Below, in pieces: positions 1 through 9,509 of a DNA stretch of 33,683 nt. Position numbers and translations under genes: made by a program. The first letter of the stretch is position 1. Every line of letters starts with the position of its first letter. The DNA is from Thermoplasmata archaeon. GTDB lineage: Archaea > Thermoplasmatota > Thermoplasmata > Lutacidiplasmatales > UBA184. The stretch is from NCBI GenBank assembly GCA_030043855.1, contig JASHWW010000071.1, positions 1-33,683 of the forward strand, in the 5' to 3' direction. The notes below the pieces were generated by a model, which was not told the DNA's origin, searched no databases, and saw nothing but the letters and a program-made list of their open reading frames with translations.

Positions 1-2168
1 GTCGCGATCTCGTGCCAGACCTGCGCGGCCGAGAGCCCGCCGAGGGTCGCGGTGAAGTTGTACTGGTTCGTCGTGTACAGACTCTCCGATGCCGAGACGT
101 TCGTCGGACCAGCGTAGATCCCGTCCGTCAGCGTCCCTCCGCTCCCCGGCAGCACGACCGTGACCACCCCGAAGACGAGCGGGACGACGACCGGCACCAA
201 CGGACCCAGCGTCGAGTTGTTCTGGATCTGGCCGGGGAGCCCGTCGACGGGGCCGTTCGTCACGCCGAAGTACGTGTAGCCGCCGGACTCCGCCGTGACG
301 GAGTTCGCGAGGGCGGCCGAGACCGACGCGCCGTACGCGGCGATCAGGACCACCGTGAAGATCACGAGGGCGAAGATGGTGAAGTTGACCGCGCTGCGGG
401 CCGGCTGCCGTCGCGGGTAGCCGAAGCCGACCCGGGCGACCGAGACCCGCCGACCCTTCCGACCGGCGAGGCGCGAGACCCCCGCGACGATCAGGTCGGC
501 GTTGTAGACGAATAGCAGAACGGCTCCCGTGACGAGCTCGATCCCCTCGACGAACACCGCGAAGATCGTCCCGCTATGGCCGGATCCGAGCAGCGCGCGG
601 TGGAGCGGGACCGTTCCGCCCCAGACGACGAGGAGGGCGCCGGCGACGGTGAACGCGTACCGATTCTTGACGAACCGCGTGGCGACCAGCGCGGCGCCGA
701 CGATGGCGAGCCCCAGCCCAATGAACGGGAGGCTGATGTCGCCGGTTCCCGTCCGGGTCCGGAGGAACAGGAGCCCGCCCAGCACGAGGAGCACCGCCCC
801 GAGGTAGGCGAGGTAAGTGTACGTCCGCACGGACGGGGGCGGCTCCGGGATCGACCGGATCGCGCGGACGATGTTGAGCCGGCTCACGCGGGCGCTCGCG
901 GCCGCGATGGTCGCCAGCGTCAGCAGGAAGCCGAGGACGTAGGCGATGACCAGGCTGGTCGCCGAGACCGTGAACGACGACTGGAACGCGGCGGCGACCT
1001 GGCTCGAGACCGAGCCGGAGCGCGTGTAGAGCGTGAGGAGGACAAACCCGACGGCGACGCCGAGGGCGGTCCCGGCGAGCGCGCTGACCGCGGCGTAGAC
1101 CGTCCCCTCGAAGTAGTAGACGTAGACGAGGGACCGACGGGGGAGCCCCACCGCCCGGAGCATCCCCATCTCGCCCTTCCGCTCCTCGGCGAGGGTCACG
1201 AAGATCCCGACGATGAGGAGCGCGCCCGCGACGATCGAGAACAGCCCGAGGACCAGGAACAGCGTGGCGATCGACTGACTCGAGGCGATCGCGGCGTTGA
1301 TCGCGGACTGCAGCACCGGGAATGCGGCGAGGCCATGGGGGCTCCCGGCCGCCACGAGGGTGGCGTTCAGGAAGGCGGTCACCGCGTCCGAGTGCGCGAC
1401 GCCGCCCTCGAGGGAGCCGACGTTCGTCACCGCCACGAAGTTGACGCGACCGCTCTCGTTCGCGACCTTCTGGGCCGTCGCGATCGTCACGAATGCGGTG
1501 TTCCCACCGAGGAATCCGCCTCGCGTGTCGTCCTTGACGATCCCCTGGACGACGAGCGGAACCGCGGAGACGCCGTAGAGCACCACCGCGTCCCCGGTCG
1601 ACGCGCCGACGTTCTGGGCCAACTGGTCGTCCAGAAGGACCCCACCGGCGGCCGGGCCCGCGGTGGTCGACCCGTTATCGAACGTGAAGTCGCCGAGCGC
1701 GGCGGCCGCGCTGGCGTTGACACCGACGATGTTGATCCCGGTCTCGGGGACGCCCGTCGCCCGATCGTAGACCGACCCACCGGCGACGATCTCCGGGGTC
1801 ACGCCGGCGATCAGCGGATTCGCGGCCGCCGCGGTGGAGAGGTTCGTCGCGACCCCGGTCGGGAAGTAGCTGTACGTCCCCGTCGCCGCTGCGACCGAGC
1901 TGTTGTAGACCGCCTCGTCCGTGAACCCCCAGGCCTGGTAGACGAAGTGGACCTCGACCGCCCCAACGGTGTCGTTGATGGTCAGGCTGCCCGAGATGAT
2001 CGTCGTCCCGATCAGCAGCCCGAGGACGATCAGGACCGTCCGCCAGCGGGCGCGTCGCACGTTGCGCATCCCGATCCGGAACGGCAGCCGGTTGCGCCAC
2101 GCGAGCACGGCGGAGACGAGGGCGACCACCAGGAGGAGGCCGAGGAGGACGGCAAACGTGGAGGCCAT
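1..2168 (-). CDS. FtsX/MacB-like ABC transporter permease (3' end runs off the window)
   Basis: Not in the ORF track because there is no stop in the window. Hand translation from ATG 2168 gives MASTFAVLLGLLLVVALVSAVLAWRNRLPFRIGMRNVRRARWRTVLIVLGLLIGTTIISGSL..., with later FtsX-type segments (AEERKGEMGMLRAVG; PARSAVNFTIFA). It lies directly downstream of a LolD/MacB-type ATPase. Confidence 0.9.
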   Translation of the reverse strand, partial: MASTFAVLLGLLLVVALVSAVLAWRNRLPFRIGMRNVRRARWRTVLIVLGLLIGTTIISGSLTINDTVGAVEVHFVYQAWGFTDEAVYNSSVAAATGTYSYFPTGVATNLSTAAAANPLIAGVTPEIVAGGSVYDRATGVPETGINIVGVNASAAAALGDFTFDNGSTTAGPAAGGVLLDDQLAQNVGASTGDAVVLYGVSAVPLVVQGIVKDDTRGGFLGGNTAFVTIATAQKVANESGRVNFVAVTNVGSLEGGVAHSDAVTAFLNATLVAAGSPHGLAAFPVLQSAINAAIASSQSIATLFLVLGLFSIVAGALLIVGIFVTLAEERKGEMGMLRAVGLPRRSLVYVYYFEGTVYAAVSALAGTALGVAVGFVLLTLYTRSGSVSSQVAAAFQSSFTVSATSLVIAYVLGFLLTLATIAAASARVSRLNIVRAIRSIPEPPPSVRTYTYLAYLGAVLLVLGGLLFLRTRTGTGDISLPFIGLGLAIVGAALVATRFVKNRYAFTVAGALLVVWGGTVPLHRALLGSGHSGTIFAVFVEGIELVTGAVLLFVYNADLIVAGVSRLAGRKGRRVSVARVGFGYPRRQPARSAVNFTIFALVIFTVVLIAAYGASVSAALANSVTAESGGYTYFGVTNGPVDGLPGQIQNNSTLGPLVPVVVPLVFGVVTVVLPGSGGTLTDGIYAGPTNVSASESLYTTNQYNFTATLGGLSAAQVWHEIA

Positions 2169-2183
2169 CGGACGCGTCTCCGC

Positions 2184-2873
2184 TCAGGGTGCGAATCGGC
2201 CGTCGAGCATCCGGACCGTCCGGTCGCACTTCGCCGCCACGGAGGCGTCGTGCGTCACGACCACGAGCGTCTGCCGAAGGCGCTGGTTCAGGTCCCGCAG
2301 CAGCCCGATCACCTGCTGGGCCCCCTCTTCGTCGAGGTTGCCGGTCGGCTCGTCGGCCCATACGATCGCCGGGTGGGCGACGAGCGCCCGGGCGAGCGAG
2401 ACCCGCTGTTGCTGACCCCCGCTCAGTTCGGCCGGGCGATGGTCGGCGCGGTTGGCCAGGTCGAGCTCCCCGAGCATCGCGAGCGCCGCGGTCCGTGCCT
2501 CCTTGGGGGACGCGCCGGCGATCAGCAGCGGCATCTCGACGTTCTCGGCCGCCGTGAACACCGGGAGCAGATTGTACGACTGGAAGACGAACCCCATCCG
2601 GCGCGCGCGGTACTCGCTCTTCTGGCGGTCCGGCAGCCGGTGGATGTCGACCCCCTCGATCGTCACCTGACCGCGGCTGATGTCGTCGAGCCCGGAGAAG
2701 CAGTTGAGGAACGTCGTCTTCCCGCAGCCGGAGGGGCCCATCACCGCGATCATCTCGCCGCGAGCGATCTCGATCGAGAGCCCCTGGAGTGCCTGGACCT
2801 GGGTCTCGCCCGAGCCGTAGACCTTCCACACGTCGGCCCCGCGGACGACCGGTTCCGACCCTGCCTGCGCCAT
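2184..2873 (-). CDS. ABC transporter ATP-binding protein, LolD/MacB family
   Basis: Walker A GPSGCGKT, signature LSGGQQQRV, ADEPTGNLD, VTHD. TATA-like CTTACA (minus, 2906-2901) about 27 nt before the ATG. Confidence 0.95.
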   Translation of the reverse strand: MAQAGSEPVVRGADVWKVYGSGETQVQALQGLSIEIARGEMIAVMGPSGCGKTTFLNCFSGLDDISRGQVTIEGVDIHRLPDRQKSEYRARRMGFVFQSYNLLPVFTAAENVEMPLLIAGASPKEARTAALAMLGELDLANRADHRPAELSGGQQQRVSLARALVAHPAIVWADEPTGNLDEEGAQQVIGLLRDLNQRLRQTLVVVTHDASVAAKCDRTVRMLDGRFAP

Positions 2874-2933
2874 GGTCGTTCCCTGCCAGACGGCTCGGGT
2901 TGTAAGCCTAATCCCTGGGGAACCGGGTCGTCG

Positions 2934-3626
2934 CTAGGCGTACCCGAACTGCCGCTTCGCGAACTCGGTCATCCGTTCGGGGCCCCAGGGAGGTTCCCAG
3001 ACGACCTCGACGGTCGCCCGCTTCGCGCCCGCGGCGGGGGCGGCCGCGGTCTCGACCTCCTTCACGAGCTCCTCGACGGCCGGGCATCCGGGGCTGGTCA
3101 TCGTCATCTGGATGGCGAGCTCCCCGTCGTCCTTCCACCGGATCCCGTAGATCAGCCCCAGGTCGACGATGTTCATCGGGATCTCCGGGTCGTAGATCGT
3201 CTTCAGGGCCTCCTTGACGCGAGCCTCGAGTTCGGGGGCGACCCCGGCACCGGCGGCGACCGGAGGCGCGGCCGGCGGCGGTCCTGTAGGGGCCTGGGCC
3301 GGCAGCCACGGACCGACGACCTCGAACCCCGGGGGAGTCCGGTCGGTCCGGTACCGGATCTCCGCATCGAGGAGGAACTTCTTGCTCGCCTCGTCGACGA
3401 GGAGCAGGATCCCGTCCACGGTGACCGGCACATCGCGGTGCGACGGCAGGTCGACCATCATCTGCGGATGCGGGTGCATGCCGCGCTCGACCCAGACCCG
3501 GATCCCGGACCCGTTCGGTCGTCCCGCGAGGGCATGGGCCAGCGCATCGCGCGCCGCGGGGGCGAGTCGGATCCGGATCGGCTCGTTCGGCGCCGGTTCC
3601 TTCGGCATCGCTCCCTCCGCCGACAC
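2934..3626 (-). CDS. Fusion of a Cys-less HesB/IscA-like (A-type carrier fold) domain with a SufT/DUF59 (MIP18-like) Fe-S maturation domain
   Basis: C-terminal DPEIPMNIVDLGLIY...TSPGCP...VWEPPW is the DUF59 signature. The N-terminal half follows the IscA/HesB pattern (IRVWV...D...VDGILLLVDEASKKFL.DAEI.Y...GF). Start is either GTG 3626 or ATG 3608. Confidence 0.8.
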   Translation of the reverse strand: MSAEGAMPKEPAPNEPIRIRLAPAARDALAHALAGRPNGSGIRVWVERGMHPHPQMMVDLPSHRDVPVTVDGILLLVDEASKKFLLDAEIRYRTDRTPPGFEVVGPWLPAQAPTGPPPAAPPVAAGAGVAPELEARVKEALKTIYDPEIPMNIVDLGLIYGIRWKDDGELAIQMTMTSPGCPAVEELVKEVETAAAPAAGAKRATVEVVWEPPWGPERMTEFAKRQFGYA

Positions 3627-3681
3627 GCAGACCGTGCGGGGGTTTACGCCTGTCGTCGACCGCGGAGCGACGCGCGAGCGC

Positions 3682-4554
3682 TCAGCCGCCCGTCACGTCC
3701 AGGAGGAACTCGCGGACGGTCCCGAGGAACTCCCTCGGCTGCTCGAGGATCGCCATGTGGCTACTCCGGGGGAGGACCCGCAAGTGCGCGGGTTCGATCC
3801 GGTCGTTCATCTCCATCGACGGTTCGAGGAAGAAGTCGTACCGGCCGACGACCACGAGTGTCGGGACCTCGATCTTCGAGTAGTACCGTCGCCCGTCCCA
3901 GGCCGCGATCGTGCCGTCGACGACGAACTCATCGCCGGTCTGGGTGAGCATGGCGCGATAGACCGCTTGGCTCAGCTTCGTCGCCTTCCAGTCGGGCGGC
4001 GTGCCGCGCAGGAACCGCGTCTGGAACGGCCGATAGATCTTCTCGGACAGCGACTGGTACTCGGAGCCGTTGAACGCATGCGATCGGGTCAGCTCCCGGA
4101 GCCGGACCCGCTGCGACGGGGAGGCGGCGCCGAGCGCCATCCGTCCCGCCTGACGGACCTCCTCCGCGCTCCCGGCGGTCGCGCACAAGAGGAGCGACGT
4201 CAGCCGTCGCTCGTACCGGTGCGCGTACTCGAGCGCCACGAATCCGCCGGCGGAGTAACCGAGCAGGTGGAGCTCCTCGATCTTCAGCGCCCGGCGGATC
4301 GCCTCGACGTCCTCCGCCATCGCCTCGATCGTGAACTCGCTCGCCCGCTTGGGGGACCAACTGTGCCCGACCCCTCGCGGGTGAAACAGGATCACGCGCA
4401 GGTTCGCGTTCGCGAGCTTCAGGAACGCCCGGAGGTAATGGTAGGTCAGGCCCGGTCCTCCGGGATGGACGAGGAGCGTGGCCGGACCCGTCCCTTGGGA
4501 AACGTACTCGAACGAGCGCCCTCCCCCGACGGAGACGCGACGCAGGCGGGCCAT
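3682..4554 (-). CDS. Alpha/beta hydrolase, proline iminopeptidase (S33)-like
   Basis: HPGGPG oxyanion motif, GYSAGG nucleophile elbow, GRYD acid and SSHM His. CTTTTGA box (minus, 4583-4577) upstream. Confidence 0.8.
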   Translation of the reverse strand: MARLRRVSVGGGRSFEYVSQGTGPATLLVHPGGPGLTYHYLRAFLKLANANLRVILFHPRGVGHSWSPKRASEFTIEAMAEDVEAIRRALKIEELHLLGYSAGGFVALEYAHRYERRLTSLLLCATAGSAEEVRQAGRMALGAASPSQRVRLRELTRSHAFNGSEYQSLSEKIYRPFQTRFLRGTPPDWKATKLSQAVYRAMLTQTGDEFVVDGTIAAWDGRRYYSKIEVPTLVVVGRYDFFLEPSMEMNDRIEPAHLRVLPRSSHMAILEQPREFLGTVREFLLDVTGG

Positions 4555-4673
4555 CGGCTCCGGTAGGGAATCCGGGTCAAAAGGCGTGCGATGCCGCGCG
4601 GGGCGGAGGCCGGACTCCTTATCGTCGGTCCGGCCCTGTCGGCCTCGCGCTGCGGCGCGGGAACCGGCGGACC

Positions 4674-5789
4674 ATGCTCGTGCGCTCGGCTCGCTTGATC
4701 GAGGCCGAGCTCGACCTGCTCGAACCGTTCGAGACCAGCTTTGGCGTCGAGCGACGACGCCGATTCCTCCTCCTCCGCCTCGAGACGCGGGACGGCCTCG
4801 TCGGGTGGGGGGAGTGCGTGGCGGGCCGGGAACCGCTCTACTCGAGCGAGTCCGTCGCCACCGCCGAGTGGGTCCTTGCGGAGTACTTCCTGCCGTGGTT
4901 GCTCGACCTGCGGCGCCCGTCGGCCGAGACGTTCGGGCGGCTCGCCGCCCGGTTTCGCGGGCAGCGGATGGCCCGTGCGGTCGTCGAGGGGGCTCTGCTC
5001 GACCTGTGGGCCCAGAAGGCCGGACGACCGCTCGGCGAGATGCTCGGGGGACGTCGTCGACGCGTGGAGGTGGGTGTCAGCGTCGGGATTCACGCGTCGC
5101 CGGATCGTCTCGTGCGTCGGGTGGGTCGGTACCTGGACGCCGGCTACCGTCGCGTCAAGTTGAAGGTGCGCCCCGGGTGGGACGCGGTCCCCGTCGCGGC
5201 GGTCCGCCGCGCTTTTCCGGATGTCGAGATCTGGGTCGACGCAAACCAGGCGTACGGGCCCTCGGCGACCGGCCGAATTCGACGCTGGGCGTCGCGATCC
5301 CGCGTGGCCCAGGTGGAGCAGCCCTTCCCCGAGCGCGCGATCCGTGCGCACGCGGCATTGGTACGGGGGGCGGGGTTCCGGGTCTGCCTGGACGAGTCGA
5401 TCGTGGATCGGCCGTCGCTCGAGGATGCCCTCGGAGGGCGGGCGCTCACCAGCCTGAACGTCAAGGTCGGTCGGGTCGGGGGCCTCCGGAGCGCGCTGGA
5501 TCTGGGCCGGCGCGCCCGCGCGGCGGGGATTGCGGCGTGGGTCGGCGGGATGCTGGAGAGCGGGATCGGTCGGGCGGCGAACGTGCATCTCGCGTCGCAC
5601 GCCGCGTTCGGCCTGCCCGGGGACCTGTCCGCCAGCGATCGGTACTACGCGGACGACCTGCTCGAGCGACCGTTCGTCCTCGGACCGGGCAGTACGCTCG
5701 AGGTTCCCCGTGGGGCCGGCCTCGGGGTGGAGATCTCGGACCGGGCCGTGCGTCGCGCGACCCGTCGGAGCCGGACCTTCCGGGCGTGA
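4674..5789 (+). CDS. menC: o-succinylbenzoate synthase / N-succinylamino acid racemase (NSAR/OSBS subfamily, enolase superfamily)
   Basis: PFETSFG, GWGECVA..EPLYSSE, KLK, DANQ, EQP, DES, NVKVGRVGG, WVGGMLESGIGRAAN and PGDLSASDRYY are typical of NSAR/OSBS. Confidence 0.88.
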   Translation: MLVRSARLIEAELDLLEPFETSFGVERRRRFLLLRLETRDGLVGWGECVAGREPLYSSESVATAEWVLAEYFLPWLLDLRRPSAETFGRLAARFRGQRMARAVVEGALLDLWAQKAGRPLGEMLGGRRRRVEVGVSVGIHASPDRLVRRVGRYLDAGYRRVKLKVRPGWDAVPVAAVRRAFPDVEIWVDANQAYGPSATGRIRRWASRSRVAQVEQPFPERAIRAHAALVRGAGFRVCLDESIVDRPSLEDALGGRALTSLNVKVGRVGGLRSALDLGRRARAAGIAAWVGGMLESGIGRAANVHLASHAAFGLPGDLSASDRYYADDLLERPFVLGPGSTLEVPRGAGLGVEISDRAVRRATRRSRTFRA

Positions 5790-5877
5790 CTCGGATCCCG
5801 ACGTCGGCGACCGTGGGGGTGGAGGGTCGGACCCGGGGTGGGAGCCGGTCCGGCGGGCGGGTGGAGGCCGTGGACCG

Positions 5878-6648
5878 CTACTGCACCGGACCGAATTCGA
5901 GACGGCGGAACATCGCGACGGCCAGACCGAACGTCGCCAGGGCGAGACCCCCGAGGACGATCCCGGCCGTCAGGTCGCCCGGCCCGAACGAGTGCGTGAA
6001 CGCGTCGCGCACGGTGTTCGCGGCGTAGGTGAGCGGGTTGGCGTACACCACGACCTTCAGCACGACCGGGGTCTTCGACGAGACCGGGTAGTAGACGGTC
6101 GAGATGAAGATCAGGAAGTACTGCAGCAGCGACTGGATCGTGAAGTAGAGGTTCGCCGACCGGATCCGGCTGCCGATCGCGATCAGCAGTCCGCCGAAGA
6201 ACGTCGCGCCCAGCCCGATGGTCGCCAGGATGACGGCGAGCTCGACCGCGGAGAGGGTCGGGAGCCCAGCCAACGGGAGCGCGACGAGCGCCATGATGCC
6301 GACGCCCACCAGCGCGAACAGGAGCGTCGTGAGCAGCAACGCGGCCAGGTACTCGTAGCGGCGGAACGGACCGGAGAAGATCTGCTCGACCATCGACCAG
6401 CGGCGGTCGAGCCAGAAGATCCGACCGGCGAGAACGGCCCCGGTGATCATCTGCGAGGCGATCATCCCCGGGACGAGGAACGCGACGTAACTGCCCGAGG
6501 CGCCGACCGACGGGATCAGCTGGTTGAACATCGTCCCCAGGATCACGATCAGGAACGCCGGCTGCCCGAACATCACGAGCAGGGTGATCGGGTCGATGCT
6601 CGCCCGGAAGTTTCGGACGACGAGGCGGAGGACCGGCGGGAGCGTCAC
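5878..6648 (-). CDS. ABC-2 type exporter permease
   Basis: Hydrophobic 256-aa C-terminal part of the ORF-track frame, with YVAFLVPG and NPLTYA motifs. GTG 6648 overlaps the ATPase stop (GTGA). Confidence 0.88.
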   Translation of the reverse strand: MTLPPVLRLVVRNFRASIDPITLLVMFGQPAFLIVILGTMFNQLIPSVGASGSYVAFLVPGMIASQMITGAVLAGRIFWLDRRWSMVEQIFSGPFRRYEYLAALLLTTLLFALVGVGIMALVALPLAGLPTLSAVELAVILATIGLGATFFGGLLIAIGSRIRSANLYFTIQSLLQYFLIFISTVYYPVSSKTPVVLKVVVYANPLTYAANTVRDAFTHSFGPGDLTAGIVLGGLALATFGLAVAMFRRLEFGPVQ

Positions 6649-7643
6649 GCGCGTCGCCTCGCCAACGTGCCCTCGGGCGCGGGACCCTCGGAGACGATGT
6701 GCACGAACGCTTCCTCGAGGGTCGCCTCGCGCACGGCGATCCGGGTCATCTCGACGCCCCGAGCACCGGCCCACCGGGCCAGCGAGGCGACCAGCGACTC
6801 GGCGTTCGCCGCCTGGAAGAGCAGCAGGTCCGCCCGCCGCTCGATCCACGAGAACCCGTCGCCGTCGTGGGCCAGCAGGGCATCGAGCTCCTGCGCCTCG
6901 ACGGGGTTGAGCGCGCGCTCGAACTCCGCCTCGACCGTCCGGGCGCCGCGGTACGCCCGTTTGATCTCCGCGGGAGGTCCGACCGTACGGAGCCGGCCGT
7001 CGCTCATGACGCCGATCCGGTCGCAGAGGCGGTCGGCCTCGTGCAGGATGTGCGTCGTGAAGACGATCGAGAGGCCGGCGCGGGCGCGGGTCGCCAAGTA
7101 ATCGAGGATCCGACTCCGCGTGAGGGCGTCCAGTCCGACGGTCGGCTCGTCCAGGAAGAGGAGCTCCATGTCGTGCATCAGCTCCCGGGCGACCTGGAAA
7201 CGTCGCCGTTCGCCGCCCGACAGGGCCCAGGGCTTGCGCTCCCGCATCGGGCCCAGCTCGAACAGCTCGAGCATCTCTTCCGCCCGGCTCTTCGCGGTCT
7301 CGCGGTCGACCCCCCACAGGAACGCGTAGAGGCGCAGGTTCTGTTCGACGCTCACGAAGTCGAGCGATTCCGACTGCAGTACGACCCCGATGCGAGCCCG
7401 TTCCGCCCGGCCGCACGCGGTGAGCTCTTTGCCGAACAGTCGGCCGCCGCCTTCGGTCGGAGGGAGCAGCGTCGTCAGCAGTCGGACCGTGGTGGTCTTC
7501 CCGGCACCGTTCCGACCGAGCAGTCCGAAGACCTCCCCGCGTCGGAGTTGGAAGTCGAGGTGCCGCACGGCGAACTGGCCGGGCCGGTAGGCGTACCCCA
7601 GGTCCCGGGCTTCCGCGATGATCTCGGTTCCGGTCGTGCGCAT
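6645..7643 (-). CDS. ABC-2 exporter ATP-binding protein (DrrA/NodI-like)
   Basis: GRNGAGKTT, LSGGERRR, FLDEPTVGLD, TTHILHEADRLCDRI, and C-terminal TLEEAF. Confidence 0.93.
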   Translation of the reverse strand: MRTTGTEIIAEARDLGYAYRPGQFAVRHLDFQLRRGEVFGLLGRNGAGKTTTVRLLTTLLPPTEGGGRLFGKELTACGRAERARIGVVLQSESLDFVSVEQNLRLYAFLWGVDRETAKSRAEEMLELFELGPMRERKPWALSGGERRRFQVARELMHDMELLFLDEPTVGLDALTRSRILDYLATRARAGLSIVFTTHILHEADRLCDRIGVMSDGRLRTVGPPAEIKRAYRGARTVEAEFERALNPVEAQELDALLAHDGDGFSWIERRADLLLFQAANAESLVASLARWAGARGVEMTRIAVREATLEEAFVHIVSEGPAPEGTLARRRA

Positions 7644-7820
7644 CGGTACGGTCGGCCGCTGGCGCGCGCCCCTCTCGCTCTGGGCGCGGCCCGAGGCAAG
7701 CGAAGGCGTACGGCGAGGACGACCGCCGACCTACCCCCACCGGCTCGTAATGTTTGCCGCCCGGTCCCGGGGGCGGCCACGCAGGCTAAAGGGGGCGGCG
7801 TCCCCTGCCACGCTCGGACG

Positions 7821-8615
7821 ATGGCGACGGCGGCGGACCGGCTGGGGGGGTTCCCCCGCTGGGTGACCGAGGAGTACTGGATGGAGACCCGTCGCTCGAT
7901 CCTGACCGCACCGGCCCATCCCTCCGCGTTCCGGCGGGCCGCGCGGAACGCCCGGGAGCTCGTTCCCCGGCTCGCGGAGTTTACGGGGTCCACGGCGACC
8001 GAAATGCACCGATGGCTGGCGGAGGTGCGACGCCGGCGCCTCGCCCAGGAGATCCGGCGGCGCTGCCCCACGGCCTCCGGCATGGGCGGTCCGGCCGCCG
8101 AGGTCCTCTACCTCTTCGCGCGGGCCGCGCGGCCTCGCGCGATCGTGGAGACCGGCGTCGAACTGGGGGTGAGCAGCGCGTACTTCCTGCAAGCCCTCGA
8201 CGACAACGGCAGCGGGGAACTGTGGTCGATCGACCTCCCGTTCGTCGGGGGAGGACACACGAACGCCGACGGGCGGTTCGATGCGGCGCACGTGGACACG
8301 ACGGGCGACGTCGGACGGGCCGTACCGGACCGACTTCGCCGACGGTGGCACCTATCGTTGGGCGACGCCCGGGAACTGCTGCCGACGCTTCCGCTGTCCG
8401 GCCCGTGGGACGTGTTCTTCCACGATTCCGAACACACCCGGGCCCACATGCTCTGGGAGTTCGAGACGGCGTGGCCGAAGATCCCGGCCGGCGGATTCCT
8501 GCTCTCCGACGACATCCCCGAGAACGACGCGTTCTCGACGTTCGCCGCGTCGGTGGGGCGCCCCTCCTTCCGGTGGCTGCGCCGGGGAGCCCTTCGCAGA
8601 CCGGCCACCGCGTAA
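7821..8615 (+). CDS. Class I SAM-dependent methyltransferase (Methyltransf_24-like)
   Basis: [12 protein letters not shown] motif I, SIDLP, and [10 protein letters not shown]...E.ETAW...[11 protein letters not shown] 7821 follows a CTAAAG box near 7786-7791. Confidence 0.8.
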   Translation: MATAADRLGGFPRWVTEEYWMETRRSILTAPAHPSAFRRAARNARELVPRLAEFTGSTATEMHRWLAEVRRRRLAQEIRRRCPTASGMGGPAAEVLYLFARAARPRAIVETGVELGVSSAYFLQALDDNGSGELWSIDLPFVGGGHTNADGRFDAAHVDTTGDVGRAVPDRLRRRWHLSLGDARELLPTLPLSGPWDVFFHDSEHTRAHMLWEFETAWPKIPAGGFLLSDDIPENDAFSTFAASVGRPSFRWLRRGALRRPATA

Positions 8616-8680
8616 CGTCCCCCGCCCGGCCCCGGGCGCGTACGGCACGGGCGTTCGACGATCGGCACCGGGTACGATTC

Positions 8681-8705
8681 GTGTATATACACCAGACGCG
8701 ATATT
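8681..8705 (+). promoter_or_regulatory. TATA box overlapped by a palindromic putative ArsR operator
   Basis: Perfect 12-bp palindrome GTGTATATACAC at 8681-8692, ending 20 nt before the ArsR ATG. A second ATAT half-site lies at 8701-8704. Confidence 0.6.
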
Positions 8706-8712
8706 CGGGTGG

Positions 8713-9042
8713 ATGCGGTCCGACGTCTTCGCCGTGCTCGCGGACCCAGTGCGGCGGCGGGTCGTCGAGATCCTGCACGGAGGCGAGCGGTCGGTCAACG
8801 AGATCGTGGACCGGGTCGCCATCCGGCAGTCCGGGGTCTCCCGCCACCTCCGCATCCTCCGGCACGCGGGATTCGTTCGGGTCCGGCCGGTCGGGCAACG
8901 CCACCTGTACTCCCTCCGCCCCGAGCCCCTGCGCGAGCTCGACGCCTGGATGCGTCGCTACGCCGACGACCAGCGGGGCCGGTTGCACCGACTCGCCGAG
9001 ATCGTCGAGGCGCCGACTCCCCGCTCCCGGAGACGCTCGTGA
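8713..9042 (+). CDS. ArsR/SmtB-family transcriptional regulator
   Basis: [18 protein letters not shown]...SVNEI...[17 protein letters not shown]...[13 protein letters not shown] winged HTH. Confidence 0.92.
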   Translation: MRSDVFAVLADPVRRRVVEILHGGERSVNEIVDRVAIRQSGVSRHLRILRHAGFVRVRPVGQRHLYSLRPEPLRELDAWMRRYADDQRGRLHRLAEIVEAPTPRSRRRS

Positions 9043-9509
9043 GCGAACCCGCGACCGTGCGGCTTCCGTCCGACCGGGAGTTCGTTCTCGTTCACACGTT
9101 CCGCGCGTCCGCAGCGCGGGTGTTCGCGGCGTACACCGATCCCGAGCAGATCCCGCACTGGTGGGCGCCGGCCGGGGGCAGCGTGCGCGTCGACCGGATG
9201 GACGTCCGGCCGGGAGGGACGTGGCGATTCGTGCAGCGGGCCCCCGGGGGACCGGAGCTCGTCTTCGGAGGGACGTACCTGGAAGTGCGGCCGGTGAACC
9301 GGCTGGTGTACACGTTCTCGGTCGAAGGGCAACCCGACAGCGAATTCACCGCGACCATCGAACTTACGGAGTCCGCGGGCGTCACCCACTTGACGATGAC
9401 CAGCCGCTGCCGCTCGAAAGAGGCTCGCGACGCGATGTTGCGGTACGGGGCGGTGGCCGGAGCCGGCGCGGCCTGGGCGCGGCTCGCCGCAGCCCTGAAC
9501 GGAGGATGA
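9039..9509 (+). CDS. SRPBCC/AHSA1-like (START fold) ligand-binding protein
   Basis: [15 protein letters not shown]...[11 protein letters not shown]...GTYLEV.P.RLVYT. GTG overlaps the ArsR stop (GTGA). Confidence 0.9.
   Translation: MSEPATVRLPSDREFVLVHTFRASAARVFAAYTDPEQIPHWWAPAGGSVRVDRMDVRPGGTWRFVQRAPGGPELVFGGTYLEVRPVNRLVYTFSVEGQPDSEFTATIELTESAGVTHLTMTSRCRSKEARDAMLRYGAVAGAGAAWARLAAALNGG

Noticed and set aside
576-3947. 1123-aa + strand ORF and other long ORFs (18436-21240, 24787-27645, 14912-17923, 29141-31951, 10362-12875)
   Set aside because: Shadow frames antisense to well-supported genes. They are Arg/Gly/Pro-rich with no motifs and are expected from stop-codon scarcity at this GC content.
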